The position numbers and the translations under genes are program-made. Shown one piece after another: positions 27,189-36,465 of a stretch of 64,000 nucleotides of DNA. The notes under the pieces were generated by a model. The model had not been told where the DNA came from and made no database searches. It worked only from the letters and a program-made list of their open reading frames with translations. Within the stretch, counting starts at the first letter, position 1; each line of letters starts with the position of its first letter. This DNA is from Promethearchaeota archaeon (GTDB lineage Archaea > Asgardarchaeota > Heimdallarchaeia > Hodarchaeales > Hodarchaeaceae), in contig JBHLPG010000001.1 of NCBI GenBank assembly GCA_048939725.1, positions 31,782 to 95,781 of the forward strand, read 5' to 3'.

Positions 27189-29654
27189 CTAGTTTACCAT
27201 AGGTGTTGCTTTTCGGTTACTCTTTCGATAAGCCCAAACAAACAGAACGAAGAGTAGCGCAGCAACGACCATCAGAATAAAGCTAAGGATTGGTTCTACT
27301 GTTGCTTCTACTAACAGTGGAGCTAAGATAAGACTTACTAAATTAACAACCTTGATCATGGGATTAATCGCTGGGCCTGCAGTGTCTTTTAATGGATCTC
27401 CAACTGTATCACCAACCACACCAGCTTTATGACGTTCAGATCCTTTACCTGTATTCTTTTCAATATCTCGGGGCTCATCTTCTATAGCTTTCTTTGCATT
27501 GTCCCATGCTCCACCAGCATTAGCCATGAAGACTGCTAATAATTGTCCTGATGCTATGATTCCTGCTTGAAATCCTCCTAAAACTTCAACACCTGATCCA
27601 ATAGCTTCCTTTGCTTCTGTAGGTAAACCAGCTATATCTGCTCCTGTAGCTATTAATACACCAAAGAAAATTGCCACTACGATTGGAACAGAAACAGCAA
27701 TGACCGCCAAGCTCACTAGTTCTTTTTGTGCTGCAGATGTAGAGATGGAAACAGCTTGTTCATAATCAGGTTTTTTTGTTCCTTCCATAATACCTGGAAT
27801 TTTGAACTGACGTCGTACTTCCTCTATTATATCTCCAGCTGCTCTACTAACTGCTCGGATATTGAATGCAGCGAAAATCCAAGGTAAAGCTGCACCAAGT
27901 AGAAGGCCTACAAAAACTGCAGGGATATTTACTCGTAATCCCTCTGCTAGTGGATTTGTTATGCCTAAATTTTCTACAACTACTTGAACATCAGTAACAA
28001 AAGATGCAAATAAGCTAACTGCGGCAATGACGGCTGATGCAATAGCAATTCCTTTAGTAATTGCCTTGGTAGTATTTCCAACAGCATCCAATTCTTCTAA
28101 CACAGCTGTTGATTCTTTGTCCATTGATGTTAATTCAGCGATCCCTTGTGCGTTGTCACTAATAGGGCCAAAGGAATCCATTGCTACATTATTACCTGTG
28201 TGAGAAAGCATGCCAATTCCAATAAGTGATATACCATAAAGCATGTATTGAAGAATTTGTGATTGATTTACAAATAATTCACGAATTCCTAAAAATCCAC
28301 CAAAGATTTCGTTGCCTGGGAGAATCAGGAATGTACCGACAGCTATTACAAAAGAAACACAGATGGTAACAACAGCCCAGACGCTAGATTCGTATCCAAG
28401 AGCAAGTCCAGAGAGAATAGTCGTTGCAGGTCCTCCATGCATTGAATCAACAACCTCTTGAACAGGTCCTCGTTCCTTTGAGGTAAACCTTGCAGTAATT
28501 GGATTAAACGAAACTGCGAGCATAACACCTGTAGCAGTAAGAAATGCAAGTCTCCAGTCACCTATGTAGAAAATAGCGAAAATAAATGATGTTACAATCG
28601 TAATTGCGCTAGAAAGCTCATATGATTGGAACATAGCTTTCTCTGCATCAGGTGTCTTCCAGAGAGCTACTGCAAAAGTACCAACCATTGAACTGATTAC
28701 ACCAATCCCTCGAACAATAAGTGGGTACATAATCCACACAATAGCTTGTACGAGGGAAAGACCTTCATCTAGTGCTAGTCCAAAAAGAAACAAACCGAGT
28801 ATAAGTGACGAGACAATAGTAACTTCATAAGATTCAAAGATGTCCGCTGCCATCCCCGCACAGTCCCCAACATTATCTCCTACGAGATCTGCAATAACGG
28901 CAGCATTTCGAGGATCGTCCTCTGGAATATCTTTCTCAACCTTTCCAACGAGATCAGCCCCAACATCAGCTGCTTTTGTATATATACCACCTCCTACTCT
29001 CATGAAAAGAGCGAGAATAGTACCACCGAACCCAAATCCAAGAAGGGCATCGGGGGCTGCGGTTCCCAAGATTATAAAAATCAATGTGCCTCCTAAAAGA
29101 CCAAAGCCATCAGTCAACATACCCGTGACAGTTCCCGCATGATAAGCAATCGAAAGTGCTTTGTTATATCGTCGGTCAACATCCAAAAGCTTTCCGTTTT
29201 CGTCTGTAGCTCCTTGAGCAGCAGCAGCAACCCTTAAATTACCATGAACAGCAATACGCATTCCAAATTGACCGACCATCAAAGAAAAACTTGCTCCCAT
29301 AATGAAAGCTATCGTTCGGCCAACTGCTATTATCAACGTCCTAGTTGCTTCAGGATAATCTTTTAATTCAAGTTGAGCCCCTTCTGATGTATGGATTAAG
29401 TATACGCTTAGAAATAGCGCACCTGTTAGTAGGATAACTATCGGGAGAATAGTTCTCAACTGTTTCTGAAGGTATGCGTCGGAGCCTTCCTTGATAGCAC
29501 TCCAAACTTCCTTCATTTCCTCTGTTCCAGTGTCGTGACTCATTACGTCTCGTCTTAACAACCATGAATAGATGAAGCTTAAGATTGCAACAATAACGAC
29601 GCCAATGAGGACTAGTTGTTCAAAAAGACCTAGATCCATGAAAGTCGTAAACAT
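27189..29654 (-). CDS. hppA: membrane-bound proton/sodium-translocating pyrophosphatase
   Basis: 821 aa, polytopic. GDNVGDCAGMAADIFESY, GGAWDNAKK and DTVGDPLKDTAGPAINP motifs. Confidence 0.95.
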   Translation of the reverse strand: MFTTFMDLGLFEQLVLIGVVIVAILSFIYSWLLRRDVMSHDTGTEEMKEVWSAIKEGSDAYLQKQLRTILPIVILLTGALFLSVYLIHTSEGAQLELKDYPEATRTLIIAVGRTIAFIMGASFSLMVGQFGMRIAVHGNLRVAAAAQGATDENGKLLDVDRRYNKALSIAYHAGTVTGMLTDGFGLLGGTLIFIILGTAAPDALLGFGFGGTILALFMRVGGGIYTKAADVGADLVGKVEKDIPEDDPRNAAVIADLVGDNVGDCAGMAADIFESYEVTIVSSLILGLFLFGLALDEGLSLVQAIVWIMYPLIVRGIGVISSMVGTFAVALWKTPDAEKAMFQSYELSSAITIVTSFIFAIFYIGDWRLAFLTATGVMLAVSFNPITARFTSKERGPVQEVVDSMHGGPATTILSGLALGYESSVWAVVTICVSFVIAVGTFLILPGNEIFGGFLGIRELFVNQSQILQYMLYGISLIGIGMLSHTGNNVAMDSFGPISDNAQGIAELTSMDKESTAVLEELDAVGNTTKAITKGIAIASAVIAAVSLFASFVTDVQVVVENLGITNPLAEGLRVNIPAVFVGLLLGAALPWIFAAFNIRAVSRAAGDIIEEVRRQFKIPGIMEGTKKPDYEQAVSISTSAAQKELVSLAVIAVSVPIVVAIFFGVLIATGADIAGLPTEAKEAIGSGVEVLGGFQAGIIASGQLLAVFMANAGGAWDNAKKAIEDEPRDIEKNTGKGSERHKAGVVGDTVGDPLKDTAGPAINPMIKVVNLVSLILAPLLVEATVEPILSFILMVVAALLFVLFVWAYRKSNRKATPMVN

Positions 29655-30072
29655 GATTTTACATTTCCTTTCTACAGATTTATCTGGAACCTAAATTTTG
29701 ACAGGAGATAAGATGTGATTTACTATTAACAAAATTTCGGTTCCTAATCTAAATTTAATCGTTTTTTCAGTTAATAGTTGTTTGTGAACAGGAGTATTCA
29801 CGGTGTTCTGCTCAAACAACTTGGTGAGAAATCCATTTTTAAAAATTTTAAATAATTTTTTCCTTCTTTTGGATTCAAAATTCTCAGGTTGCGTTTTTTG
29901 GAAACAATTCAAACATGTCTATATTGTAATTGCAAATCAGGCAATATTAATACTGTAAAAGTAAATCCAAAAGAAAGTTTCTTCAGGATGTTCCTATGGG
30001 AGACAAATTTATTTTTAATTGTTGATTAGATAAAATACGAGAATATCAATTCAAATCTATTAGGTGAATAAT

Positions 30073-30522
30073 ATGTCCGAAAAGACACTTCTTATGATCA
30101 AACCTGATGCAGTCCAAAGATCATTAATCGGCCGAATTATCTCACGGATTGAGGAAAAAGGCCTCAAGATAATCGGTTTAAAAATGGTCCAATTAACGAA
30201 CCATAAAGTAGATCAACTCTACGACATTCATATTGGCAAAAGCTTCTATGAAATATTGAAATCCTTTATAATCTCTGGACCTGTAATAGCCATTGCAATT
30301 CAAGGTAACAATGTTGTTAAAGTCGTACGGAAACTAGCTGGGATAACAAACTCTCCAGATGCGGAACCAGGTACAATCCGCGGGGATTTTGGACTAGATT
30401 TAACTAAGAATATTGTTCACGCTTCTGATGCCGTTGATCGAGCGCAATATGAGCTAGGTACCTTATTTAAAGCTGGTGAACTCATAGAATATGAGCTAAT
30501 TAATGAACCATGGATAAGGTAA
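30073..30522 (+). CDS. ndk: nucleoside diphosphate kinase
   Basis: MSEKTLLMIKPDAV..., NIVHASD. AGGTGA lies 5 nt upstream of ATG 30073. The GTG at 30064 used by the ORF track lies inside that SD. Confidence 0.92.
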   Translation: MSEKTLLMIKPDAVQRSLIGRIISRIEEKGLKIIGLKMVQLTNHKVDQLYDIHIGKSFYEILKSFIISGPVIAIAIQGNNVVKVVRKLAGITNSPDAEPGTIRGDFGLDLTKNIVHASDAVDRAQYELGTLFKAGELIEYELINEPWIR

Positions 30523-30582
30523 TTATGTGAAAACTAAAAAGAATTCTATAACACATAAAAATTTTTAATAGGAGGATTTGCT

Positions 30583-31239
30583 ATTCAACGACGTTATCCC
30601 AATAGAAGAATAAGAATAGAAAGTATTAACCGTTCCCAGGTTTTAAAAGACGATGAAGAACGTTGGAGGTTAATCACACCAAATGGAGATAATATTTTTC
30701 GATTATGGGTCATGGGAATAGTCACTGATAAATATTCTGGGGAAAATAACTATATTGGATTAAAAATAGAAGATGGATCAGGAGCTATAATCGTTAAAAC
30801 ATGGGATGGTCGGCTTGAACAATTACAGAAATGGGATAAAATTGAAGTTTTAGGTCAAATACAAATATCTGAGAGAGATGGAAATATTGATGTCTTCATT
30901 TCCCCTGATATTATTCATCCTATCACGGATGATAACTGGTTCTTAGTTCATCGATTGAAAATCGTTCAACAGCTTCAACATGACGTCTCGATTGAAGTTG
31001 AGTCTGCAAAAGTAGGGGGTTTAGAGCTCGGTATTGCTTCTATAGAAGATCTTAAGATTAAATTGAGAACAGCAGTAAGAAAACTTGATAAGGGAAATGG
31101 AGTTTCATACGATCAATTGGTTAGTAAATTTCCAAATGTTGCAGAAGTTCAGATTGATGAAGCCATTACTGAGTTATTAGAATCGGGTGAGTTCTTCGAA
31201 CCAAAAGCAGGGGTCTATTCTTCTGCTATTGATTCTTAA
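30583..31239 (+). CDS. RPA32/Stn1-like protein: OB fold plus C-terminal winged helix; putative ATT start
   Basis: OB strand pattern (RLWVMGIVTD..IGLKIEDGSGAIIVKTW..KIEVLGQI..VFISPDIIHPITDDNWFLVH) and a C-terminal wH (VSYDQLVSKF...ITELLESGEFFEP). The first OB strand lies upstream of ATG 30712. The frame is open from 30559 with no ATG/GTG/TTG. ATT 30583 lies 6 nt after GGAGGA. Confidence 0.45.
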   Translation: MQRRYPNRRIRIESINRSQVLKDDEERWRLITPNGDNIFRLWVMGIVTDKYSGENNYIGLKIEDGSGAIIVKTWDGRLEQLQKWDKIEVLGQIQISERDGNIDVFISPDIIHPITDDNWFLVHRLKIVQQLQHDVSIEVESAKVGGLELGIASIEDLKIKLRTAVRKLDKGNGVSYDQLVSKFPNVAEVQIDEAITELLESGEFFEPKAGVYSSAIDS

Positions 31240-31270
31240 TCATATTTTAATATTACACTTTCCTAAGATG

Positions 31271-31822
31271 CTAAGGTCTATTCCATTGAAAAATATAATA
31301 TCTTATTTGTTGGTCTGATAAGACTGTTGCAATGACATATCTTTTTCTTACTGAGGTAGCTAATCGCCCAGCACGAACTAAATCGATAGGTTCAATTCGA
31401 GACGTCTTCGGAACTACTGAAATCAAGAATGGGGAGTGGTCAATTCCTGGTCCTCGACGATATACTGCAAAATCAGTTCCAAATTTCAATCCAGGGCGTA
31501 CAATATAACGTTTATTACGAAGATCCAAAAAAACTGCGAAAAGGTCATCAAAATTTGGAAATCGTTCCTCACAAAGCTCTAAATACTTTTTTTTGGATAA
31601 TACTGATCCATCCTCCTCATGAATTACGATTTTATCCTTGTCTTGAAGAAAAGCAGCTTCTAGTAATGTGAGTTCTAAAGGTCGATCAAACCTTGGAGAT
31701 TTTGGTTTCCGTATTCCTACAGGTTTACCAAAATAACCCAGTTGATAGATATAGCTTCCTTGTTCGGGATCCCAAATAATGACATGTTTGTCAATTATTT
31801 GAGCTGGAATGGGAATTTCCAT
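31271..31822 (-). CDS. endA: tRNA-splicing endonuclease EndA
   Basis: 183 aa. Catalytic C-terminal domain motifs (YIVRPGLKFGTDFAVYRRGPGIDHSPFLISV). Confidence 0.85.
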   Translation of the reverse strand: MEIPIPAQIIDKHVIIWDPEQGSYIYQLGYFGKPVGIRKPKSPRFDRPLELTLLEAAFLQDKDKIVIHEEDGSVLSKKKYLELCEERFPNFDDLFAVFLDLRNKRYIVRPGLKFGTDFAVYRRGPGIDHSPFLISVVPKTSRIEPIDLVRAGRLATSVRKRYVIATVLSDQQIRYYIFQWNRP

Positions 31823-31859
31823 GTTATATTGCTTCCAAGGAAAATCAAGGCTTATGAGC

Positions 31860-32471
31860 TTATTCGTTTCTTGGTCTTAGATTTAGTTTCGGAGCAATTA
31901 ATCTAGTAGCCAAGATTATGTCAAGAACAATAATTACTATGAGTAATGTAATGGCAGCGTTGAAATTTGCTAAAGAAAAATCCTCTGGAGTCTCTATGAC
32001 TGTGATCTCAACCTGATTACTGATCGTTGTAAATTTGGTGGGGGTAACTTCAGAGTCATAATACTCAATCTGAGCTGAGTATAAATAGTATGTACCTATT
32101 GATTTTGCTGTTACCAAGTAACTGAACTGTCGGCTTTCATTACTCCGAATTTGCCCATAAGACAATTCGGTCAGTCCAGAAACTTCGAAAATCCAAGGTT
32201 GATTTAGTTTGTCAATGAAAGTAACATTGTAGGCTGTTTTATTTCCAATATTTTCTATAATAATAGTGACTACAATACTATTACCAATGACAACTTCACT
32301 TCGATCAGATGTCTTAGTGACAAATAACTTAGGATAAGATCCATCTTTTCGCTTCATATCAAATATTGAAGCATTTATGGGTTTAATTGACTGATTAAGA
32401 GTCATATGAATTATATTTAAGCTTATAACTGTTAGAAGAATGAACCAAACCCATTTTGTCCTATTGAACAT
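31860..32471 (-). CDS. secreted Ig/CARDB-like beta-sandwich protein with C-terminal TM anchor; TRAP-beta (SSR2)-like architecture
   Basis: 203 aa: signal/anchor, a single beta-sandwich (VVIGNSIVVTIIIENIGNKTAYNVTFIDK...), then a C-terminal TM and a short basic tail. Collinear by eye with human SSR2 (from memory). Confidence 0.45.
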   Translation of the reverse strand: MFNRTKWVWFILLTVISLNIIHMTLNQSIKPINASIFDMKRKDGSYPKLFVTKTSDRSEVVIGNSIVVTIIIENIGNKTAYNVTFIDKLNQPWIFEVSGLTELSYGQIRSNESRQFSYLVTAKSIGTYYLYSAQIEYYDSEVTPTKFTTISNQVEITVIETPEDFSLANFNAAITLLIVIIVLDIILATRLIAPKLNLRPRNE

Positions 32472-32623
32472 CAGTAAACATCCAGTGGACTGTTAATTCA
32501 CCCCTGTATATAGTCTTGTTAAAGATTCTTGTATTAGTTCAACTTTTCTTCAAAATATCTATGTAAAACAACACACAACCCTACACACAACATTCTTGTT
32601 TTACTTTTTTTCCTCACCCCTAC

Positions 32624-33577
32624 ATGTCACTTTCCTTATTTGAAAAAAAATTCCTGTTTTTTGGGGGAAAAGGAGGAGTTGGAAAGACTACCATGGCAGC
32701 AGCTACAGCCATACGAGCAGCTGACCTAGAGTTCCGCACTTTATTAGTCTCAACAGATCCCGCTCATTCTGTCTCAGATAGTCTAGACCAACAGATCGGA
32801 GGAGAGACCTATATTGAAGTACAAAATGTTGACAACTTATGGGCGATCGAGCTGAATACTGAAGAAGCCATGCGAACTTATTCTGATATGATAAGCCATC
32901 AGGATCCATCAGGAACAATATCTGAATTTATTGGTGGAGATGATCCTGCCTCACTATCTCCTCCAGGTGCTGATGAAACCGTTGCATTCATACAATTACT
33001 CGAGTTTATTCAGAGTCCTGAATATGATATCGTCGTATTTGATACTGCTCCTACTGGACACACACTTAAGCTTCTTCAATTACCAGAAATGACTCAAAGC
33101 TGGTTATATCGCTTAATTAAGATGCGTAGACGCCTAGGAGGAATGCTAACAGGGTTTAAAACCCTTCTTGGAGGCAGTTCGGCTCCAGATGAGCAGGAAG
33201 CTTTTGAAAAACTCGAAGAGCTAAGAGATCAAGTGGAAATCGCCCGAGTTCATTTAGCCAACGCGAAAGAAACTGAATTCGTTGCTGTCACAATACCTAC
33301 AATAATGGCAATATGGGAAACAGAACGATTAGTTAGAGCATTATTTGAAGTGGCTTTTCCCATTTCTCAAATTTTTATCAATCAGGTTCAACCTGAAAAT
33401 CCCAGCTGTTCCTATTGTAGCGCGAGGTATGCAAGCCAAAGAGAGAATTTACTAAAAATAAAAGATCTATACTCAGAATTTGATCTTATCGAAATTCCAA
33501 TGTTCGAATATGAAATCAGAGGTACAAAAAGACTTCGCGAACTAAGTCACTTATTGTATCACGAAGAAACTAGTTGA
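32624..33577 (+). CDS. get3: Get3/TRC40/ArsA-family targeting ATPase
   Basis: 317 aa. Deviant Walker A GGKGGVGKTT, LLVSTDPAHSVSDS, DTAPTGHTL, and a CxxC (PSCSYCSARY) in the position of the eukaryotic Get3 zinc-dimer motif. Confidence 0.88.
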   Translation: MSLSLFEKKFLFFGGKGGVGKTTMAAATAIRAADLEFRTLLVSTDPAHSVSDSLDQQIGGETYIEVQNVDNLWAIELNTEEAMRTYSDMISHQDPSGTISEFIGGDDPASLSPPGADETVAFIQLLEFIQSPEYDIVVFDTAPTGHTLKLLQLPEMTQSWLYRLIKMRRRLGGMLTGFKTLLGGSSAPDEQEAFEKLEELRDQVEIARVHLANAKETEFVAVTIPTIMAIWETERLVRALFEVAFPISQIFINQVQPENPSCSYCSARYASQRENLLKIKDLYSEFDLIEIPMFEYEIRGTKRLRELSHLLYHEETS

Positions 33578-33595
33578 AAAGGGAAATAAAGGACG

Positions 33596-34237
33596 CTACT
33601 GGTCTTCCTCAGCCCAACCTTTTTTAATTCTAGCGAAAGCTTCTTTGAGTTCCATGTTCATTTGAGCTTTTAGGCTCATGGGAGATGCTCGAGGTGCTGG
33701 TGCACTTGGTCCTGGGCTAGGTGGTTGCCCAAACCCTGGTCCTGGGCCAGGTGGTTGCCCAAACCCTGGTTGTGGACCAGGTGGTTGTCCGAAACTTGGT
33801 TGTGGGCTAGCTTGTGGTGTTGGAGACAATCCTGGTAAAGGAGGAAGGCCTGAAGGTACAGATGGTGGTGCTGAAGGAGAAGGTGTACTTGGTGGAGGTG
33901 TTGAAGCTGTGACTGGCGCAGGAGGAGCTGGAAGACCAGTGGGGACACCAGGTGCTGTAGTAGCTGGAGGAGGTGTGCTTTGCGCTCTAGGTGGAGGGCT
34001 TAGGCTAGGAGATGAAATTGATGGTGATGGAGTAGTAGCAGCTATTCCTCCTCCCCTCTGAAGCTGATCTACCTTACTTGATAATTCATTAAAACTGTTC
34101 GATAATTCATCAACGATCTCCGCAAGCTGGGAGACAAATCCAAAGAATCTTTTTGTTACTTCAATTAGCGTTTCAACATTCTGAGACTCATCATCACCAA
34201 AGAAATCGTCTATATTTTTCATGGACACTAATAGCAC
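33596..34237 (-). CDS. proline-rich low-complexity protein with short helical N- and C-terminal segments
   Basis: 213 aa. The central ~130 aa are P/S/T/G/A-rich and include three SFGQPPGPQP/GFGQPPGPGP/GFGQPPSPGP decapeptides. Locally GC-rich compared with the surroundings. Confidence 0.6.
   Translation of the reverse strand: MLLVSMKNIDDFFGDDESQNVETLIEVTKRFFGFVSQLAEIVDELSNSFNELSSKVDQLQRGGGIAATTPSPSISSPSLSPPPRAQSTPPPATTAPGVPTGLPAPPAPVTASTPPPSTPSPSAPPSVPSGLPPLPGLSPTPQASPQPSFGQPPGPQPGFGQPPGPGPGFGQPPSPGPSAPAPRASPMSLKAQMNMELKEAFARIKKGWAEEDQ
33711..33800 (-). repeat. 3 x 30-bp in-frame tandem repeat inside the Pro-rich gene
   Basis: cctgggc[t/c]aggtggttgcccaaaccctggt repeats with a 30-bp period starting at 33711, 33741 and 33771 (third copy diverged). 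Confidence 0.85.
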
Positions 34238-34528
34238 CTAATTATCAAATAACTATTCATATTGAAGATGTTCTAATTTCTATGTAAATCAATATTTTCA
34301 TTGATATTTTAGGATTTTGATGTTATAAATAATTCCGTTCAGTCTCAAACTAAATTAAATTTTCTCTACTTAATTTCTTTGGATACTCTTCATAATCATA
34401 TTATTTACTAATAGAATAAAATTTCAAATCTAAACCACAACAAGAGTAATTCACAGAATGATAGTTGATTTCGGAAATATTCGACTGAAAAAAGATCAAA
34501 AACTGAATTTTTTAATCTAAACAACTCA

Positions 34529-35386
34529 TTAAGCTCTTAGGGTATTTTTTTTCAAATAATCTGTAATTATACAAACATCCCTTGTGGGTTTCACGTCATG
34601 AGTTCGTATAGTGTGTGCACCATTCATTACAGCTACTGTTGTTGCCGCTAAAGACCCCCATAATCGTTCTTCTGGAGGAACGTTTAATACTTTCCCAATA
34701 AAAGATTTTCTAGATATTCCAACAAGAATACAGTGTTTTAACTCACGGAGTTTTGTTAAATGCTTTATCAAATTGTAATCGTGTTCTATCTGCCTCTGAG
34801 GTACCCAACCACCTAAACCTGGGTCGATACTTATTTTCGATTTTTCTATCCCTGCATTTATACCTAAATGGATGCTATTTTCCAGTTCTTCTAAAACATC
34901 ATCAATTAAATATACATCCCCAGGAATTTGACGACAAGCCATGACAATTGCTGAGGCAGAGTAGTTAGAAATTACATCTACAACTTTGGGGTTAGATTTA
35001 AATCCAGAAATATCATTAATAATCATTGCTCCTTGAGAAAGAGCATATTCTGCGACCTTCGATGATTGAGTATCTATTGAGATAGGAATTTCGGCACTAA
35101 TTTCTTTGTAGACTTTGAAGAAGAAAGAGAAGCGTTCAATTTCAGTATTAGTTGAAATAAATTCTCTTTTCTCATATAAAAAAGTTGGTGCACTAGAAAT
35201 AGCTCCTACATCAATAAAATCTGCGCCTGTATCTATTACATGTTCTAAATGGGATTGAATCTCATCTTCAGATTTTTTGATGCTCCCTTTAAAGAAAGAA
35301 GAGGGTGAGAGGTTCATAACCGCCATAAGACGGGTTCCAACGTTGTCTCCAACTTCAATAGGGCCTAATTTTCCAATTATTTGCAT
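34529..35386 (-). CDS. folP: dihydropteroate synthase-family pterin-binding enzyme
   Basis: LMAVMNLSPSSFF, FIDVGAISSAP, IINDISG, SIDPGLGGW and RTHDV motifs. Start taken at MQIIGK (35386), 13 nt after the upstream stop. The ORF track extends to 35467. Confidence 0.8.
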   Translation of the reverse strand: MQIIGKLGPIEVGDNVGTRLMAVMNLSPSSFFKGSIKKSEDEIQSHLEHVIDTGADFIDVGAISSAPTFLYEKREFISTNTEIERFSFFFKVYKEISAEIPISIDTQSSKVAEYALSQGAMIINDISGFKSNPKVVDVISNYSASAIVMACRQIPGDVYLIDDVLEELENSIHLGINAGIEKSKISIDPGLGGWVPQRQIEHDYNLIKHLTKLRELKHCILVGISRKSFIGKVLNVPPEERLWGSLAATTVAVMNGAHTIRTHDVKPTRDVCIITDYLKKNTLRA

Positions 35387-35399
35387 ACTATTTTGATTT

Positions 35400-36224
35400 T
35401 TATTGCCCCATTTTAGATTTCCGATTGTGCCAAAGTGGTCCAATATATATACAAAGTTGTGGGGCAATTTTCATCTGTTCATTATACTCTTCGATCTCTT
35501 CAGTTGCTTCAAAAGTGATCTCTTCACATCCTCTGGCTATTACTATTGGAACTCTCTGGTTTGTTTCCCCCATTAGAATTTCTGCACCAGAAACAAGATT
35601 ATCCGCGATTGCTCGCGTAGTAATGTGCATAGGACGACCATACAGATCAAGTGTACCAATATCGTCTATTAAAGGTCTGAATCCTGATACTGCAAGTGCG
35701 AAACCAGAGGTTCCTCGTCTTAAAGGGTGTGTCTTTGAATCAGCTATAATAACTCCAATTTTCTTGTCTATTCTCTCAATAATGTCTTTACGTACTCTTT
35801 CTGCGGTTCTAATAGGATTTCTTGGCAATACAATTAAGAAATCTTCTCCTCCTGAATTACTTTGGTCTACTCCAGCATTAGCTTGGAGAATATTATCTCG
35901 TAAGGCAAGCACTGCACCTGGAACTGCGCCAAGAACTTCATCAGCTTCTTGGTAAACAACTTCAACAAATCGAGGATCGAGGCCTGCTAATTCAGCATCA
36001 GCTTTTGCTTCTTGACGTATGTTAGTAATGGAAGCTAAAGGAATCTGACAACCTTCAATTATAGAAATTACTTTACTTGCAATAATAATTATGTCTTTAT
36101 CCTGTAACCTGATTTCAGAAAAATCCAAAGCTTCAAGTATTATATCAACGATATTATTATCTGCTGCACTGATAAGAGGAGTTTTAATACCATAGAATTC
36201 GATTTTCACACTAATCAATTCCAA
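35400..36224 (-). CDS. CofE-like gamma-glutamyl ligase family protein (F420-0:glutamate ligase family)
   Basis: 274 aa. The pattern GIKTPLI...DKDIIIIASKVISIIEG...ANAGVDQSN...IIADSKTHPLRRGTSGFALAVSG is typical of CofE/FbiB-N. Confidence 0.6.
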   Translation of the reverse strand: MELISVKIEFYGIKTPLISAADNNIVDIILEALDFSEIRLQDKDIIIIASKVISIIEGCQIPLASITNIRQEAKADAELAGLDPRFVEVVYQEADEVLGAVPGAVLALRDNILQANAGVDQSNSGGEDFLIVLPRNPIRTAERVRKDIIERIDKKIGVIIADSKTHPLRRGTSGFALAVSGFRPLIDDIGTLDLYGRPMHITTRAIADNLVSGAEILMGETNQRVPIVIARGCEEITFEATEEIEEYNEQMKIAPQLCIYIGPLWHNRKSKMGQ

Positions 36225-36465
36225 TATTTGCCGTTTAGGATAATTTGTTCTCCTTTTTTTTGATTTGATAAACCTATATTTAGTAGCAGAACAGGCAATC
36301 TTTTAAGTTTAGGTTTGATGTGTTTAAACAATTAAAAATCGGAACTTCAGCTTGTATATTTTTCAACAACATTCAAACAATTAATATTAAATGAAGAGTA
36401 AAACATTTTAGTAACATAAAAATCGAAGTTTTCAAATTTCATTCTTAATCAAGGAGAAATCAAAA

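Noticed and set aside
28840-29142. Antisense and alternate-frame ORFs inside hppA (28346..28561, 28840..29142, 29368..29565); similar ones occur inside other long genes (e.g. 35425..35955, 11776..12138, 38103..38426)
   Set aside because: They are fully contained in well-supported genes on the other strand or frame. Their translations are low-complexity and carry no family signatures.
29691-29912. 73-aa minus-strand ORF in the hppA-ndk divergent spacer
   Set aside because: Lys/Phe/Asn-rich translation typical of AT-rich non-coding DNA. No SD. It sits where two divergent promoters are expected.
33678-34061. 127-aa Gly-rich plus-strand ORF (and 33676..33948 on the minus strand in another frame)
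   Set aside because: These are mirror or alternative-frame products of the GC-rich proline-repeat region. Only the Pro-rich minus-strand frame extends to sensible non-repetitive N- and C-termini.
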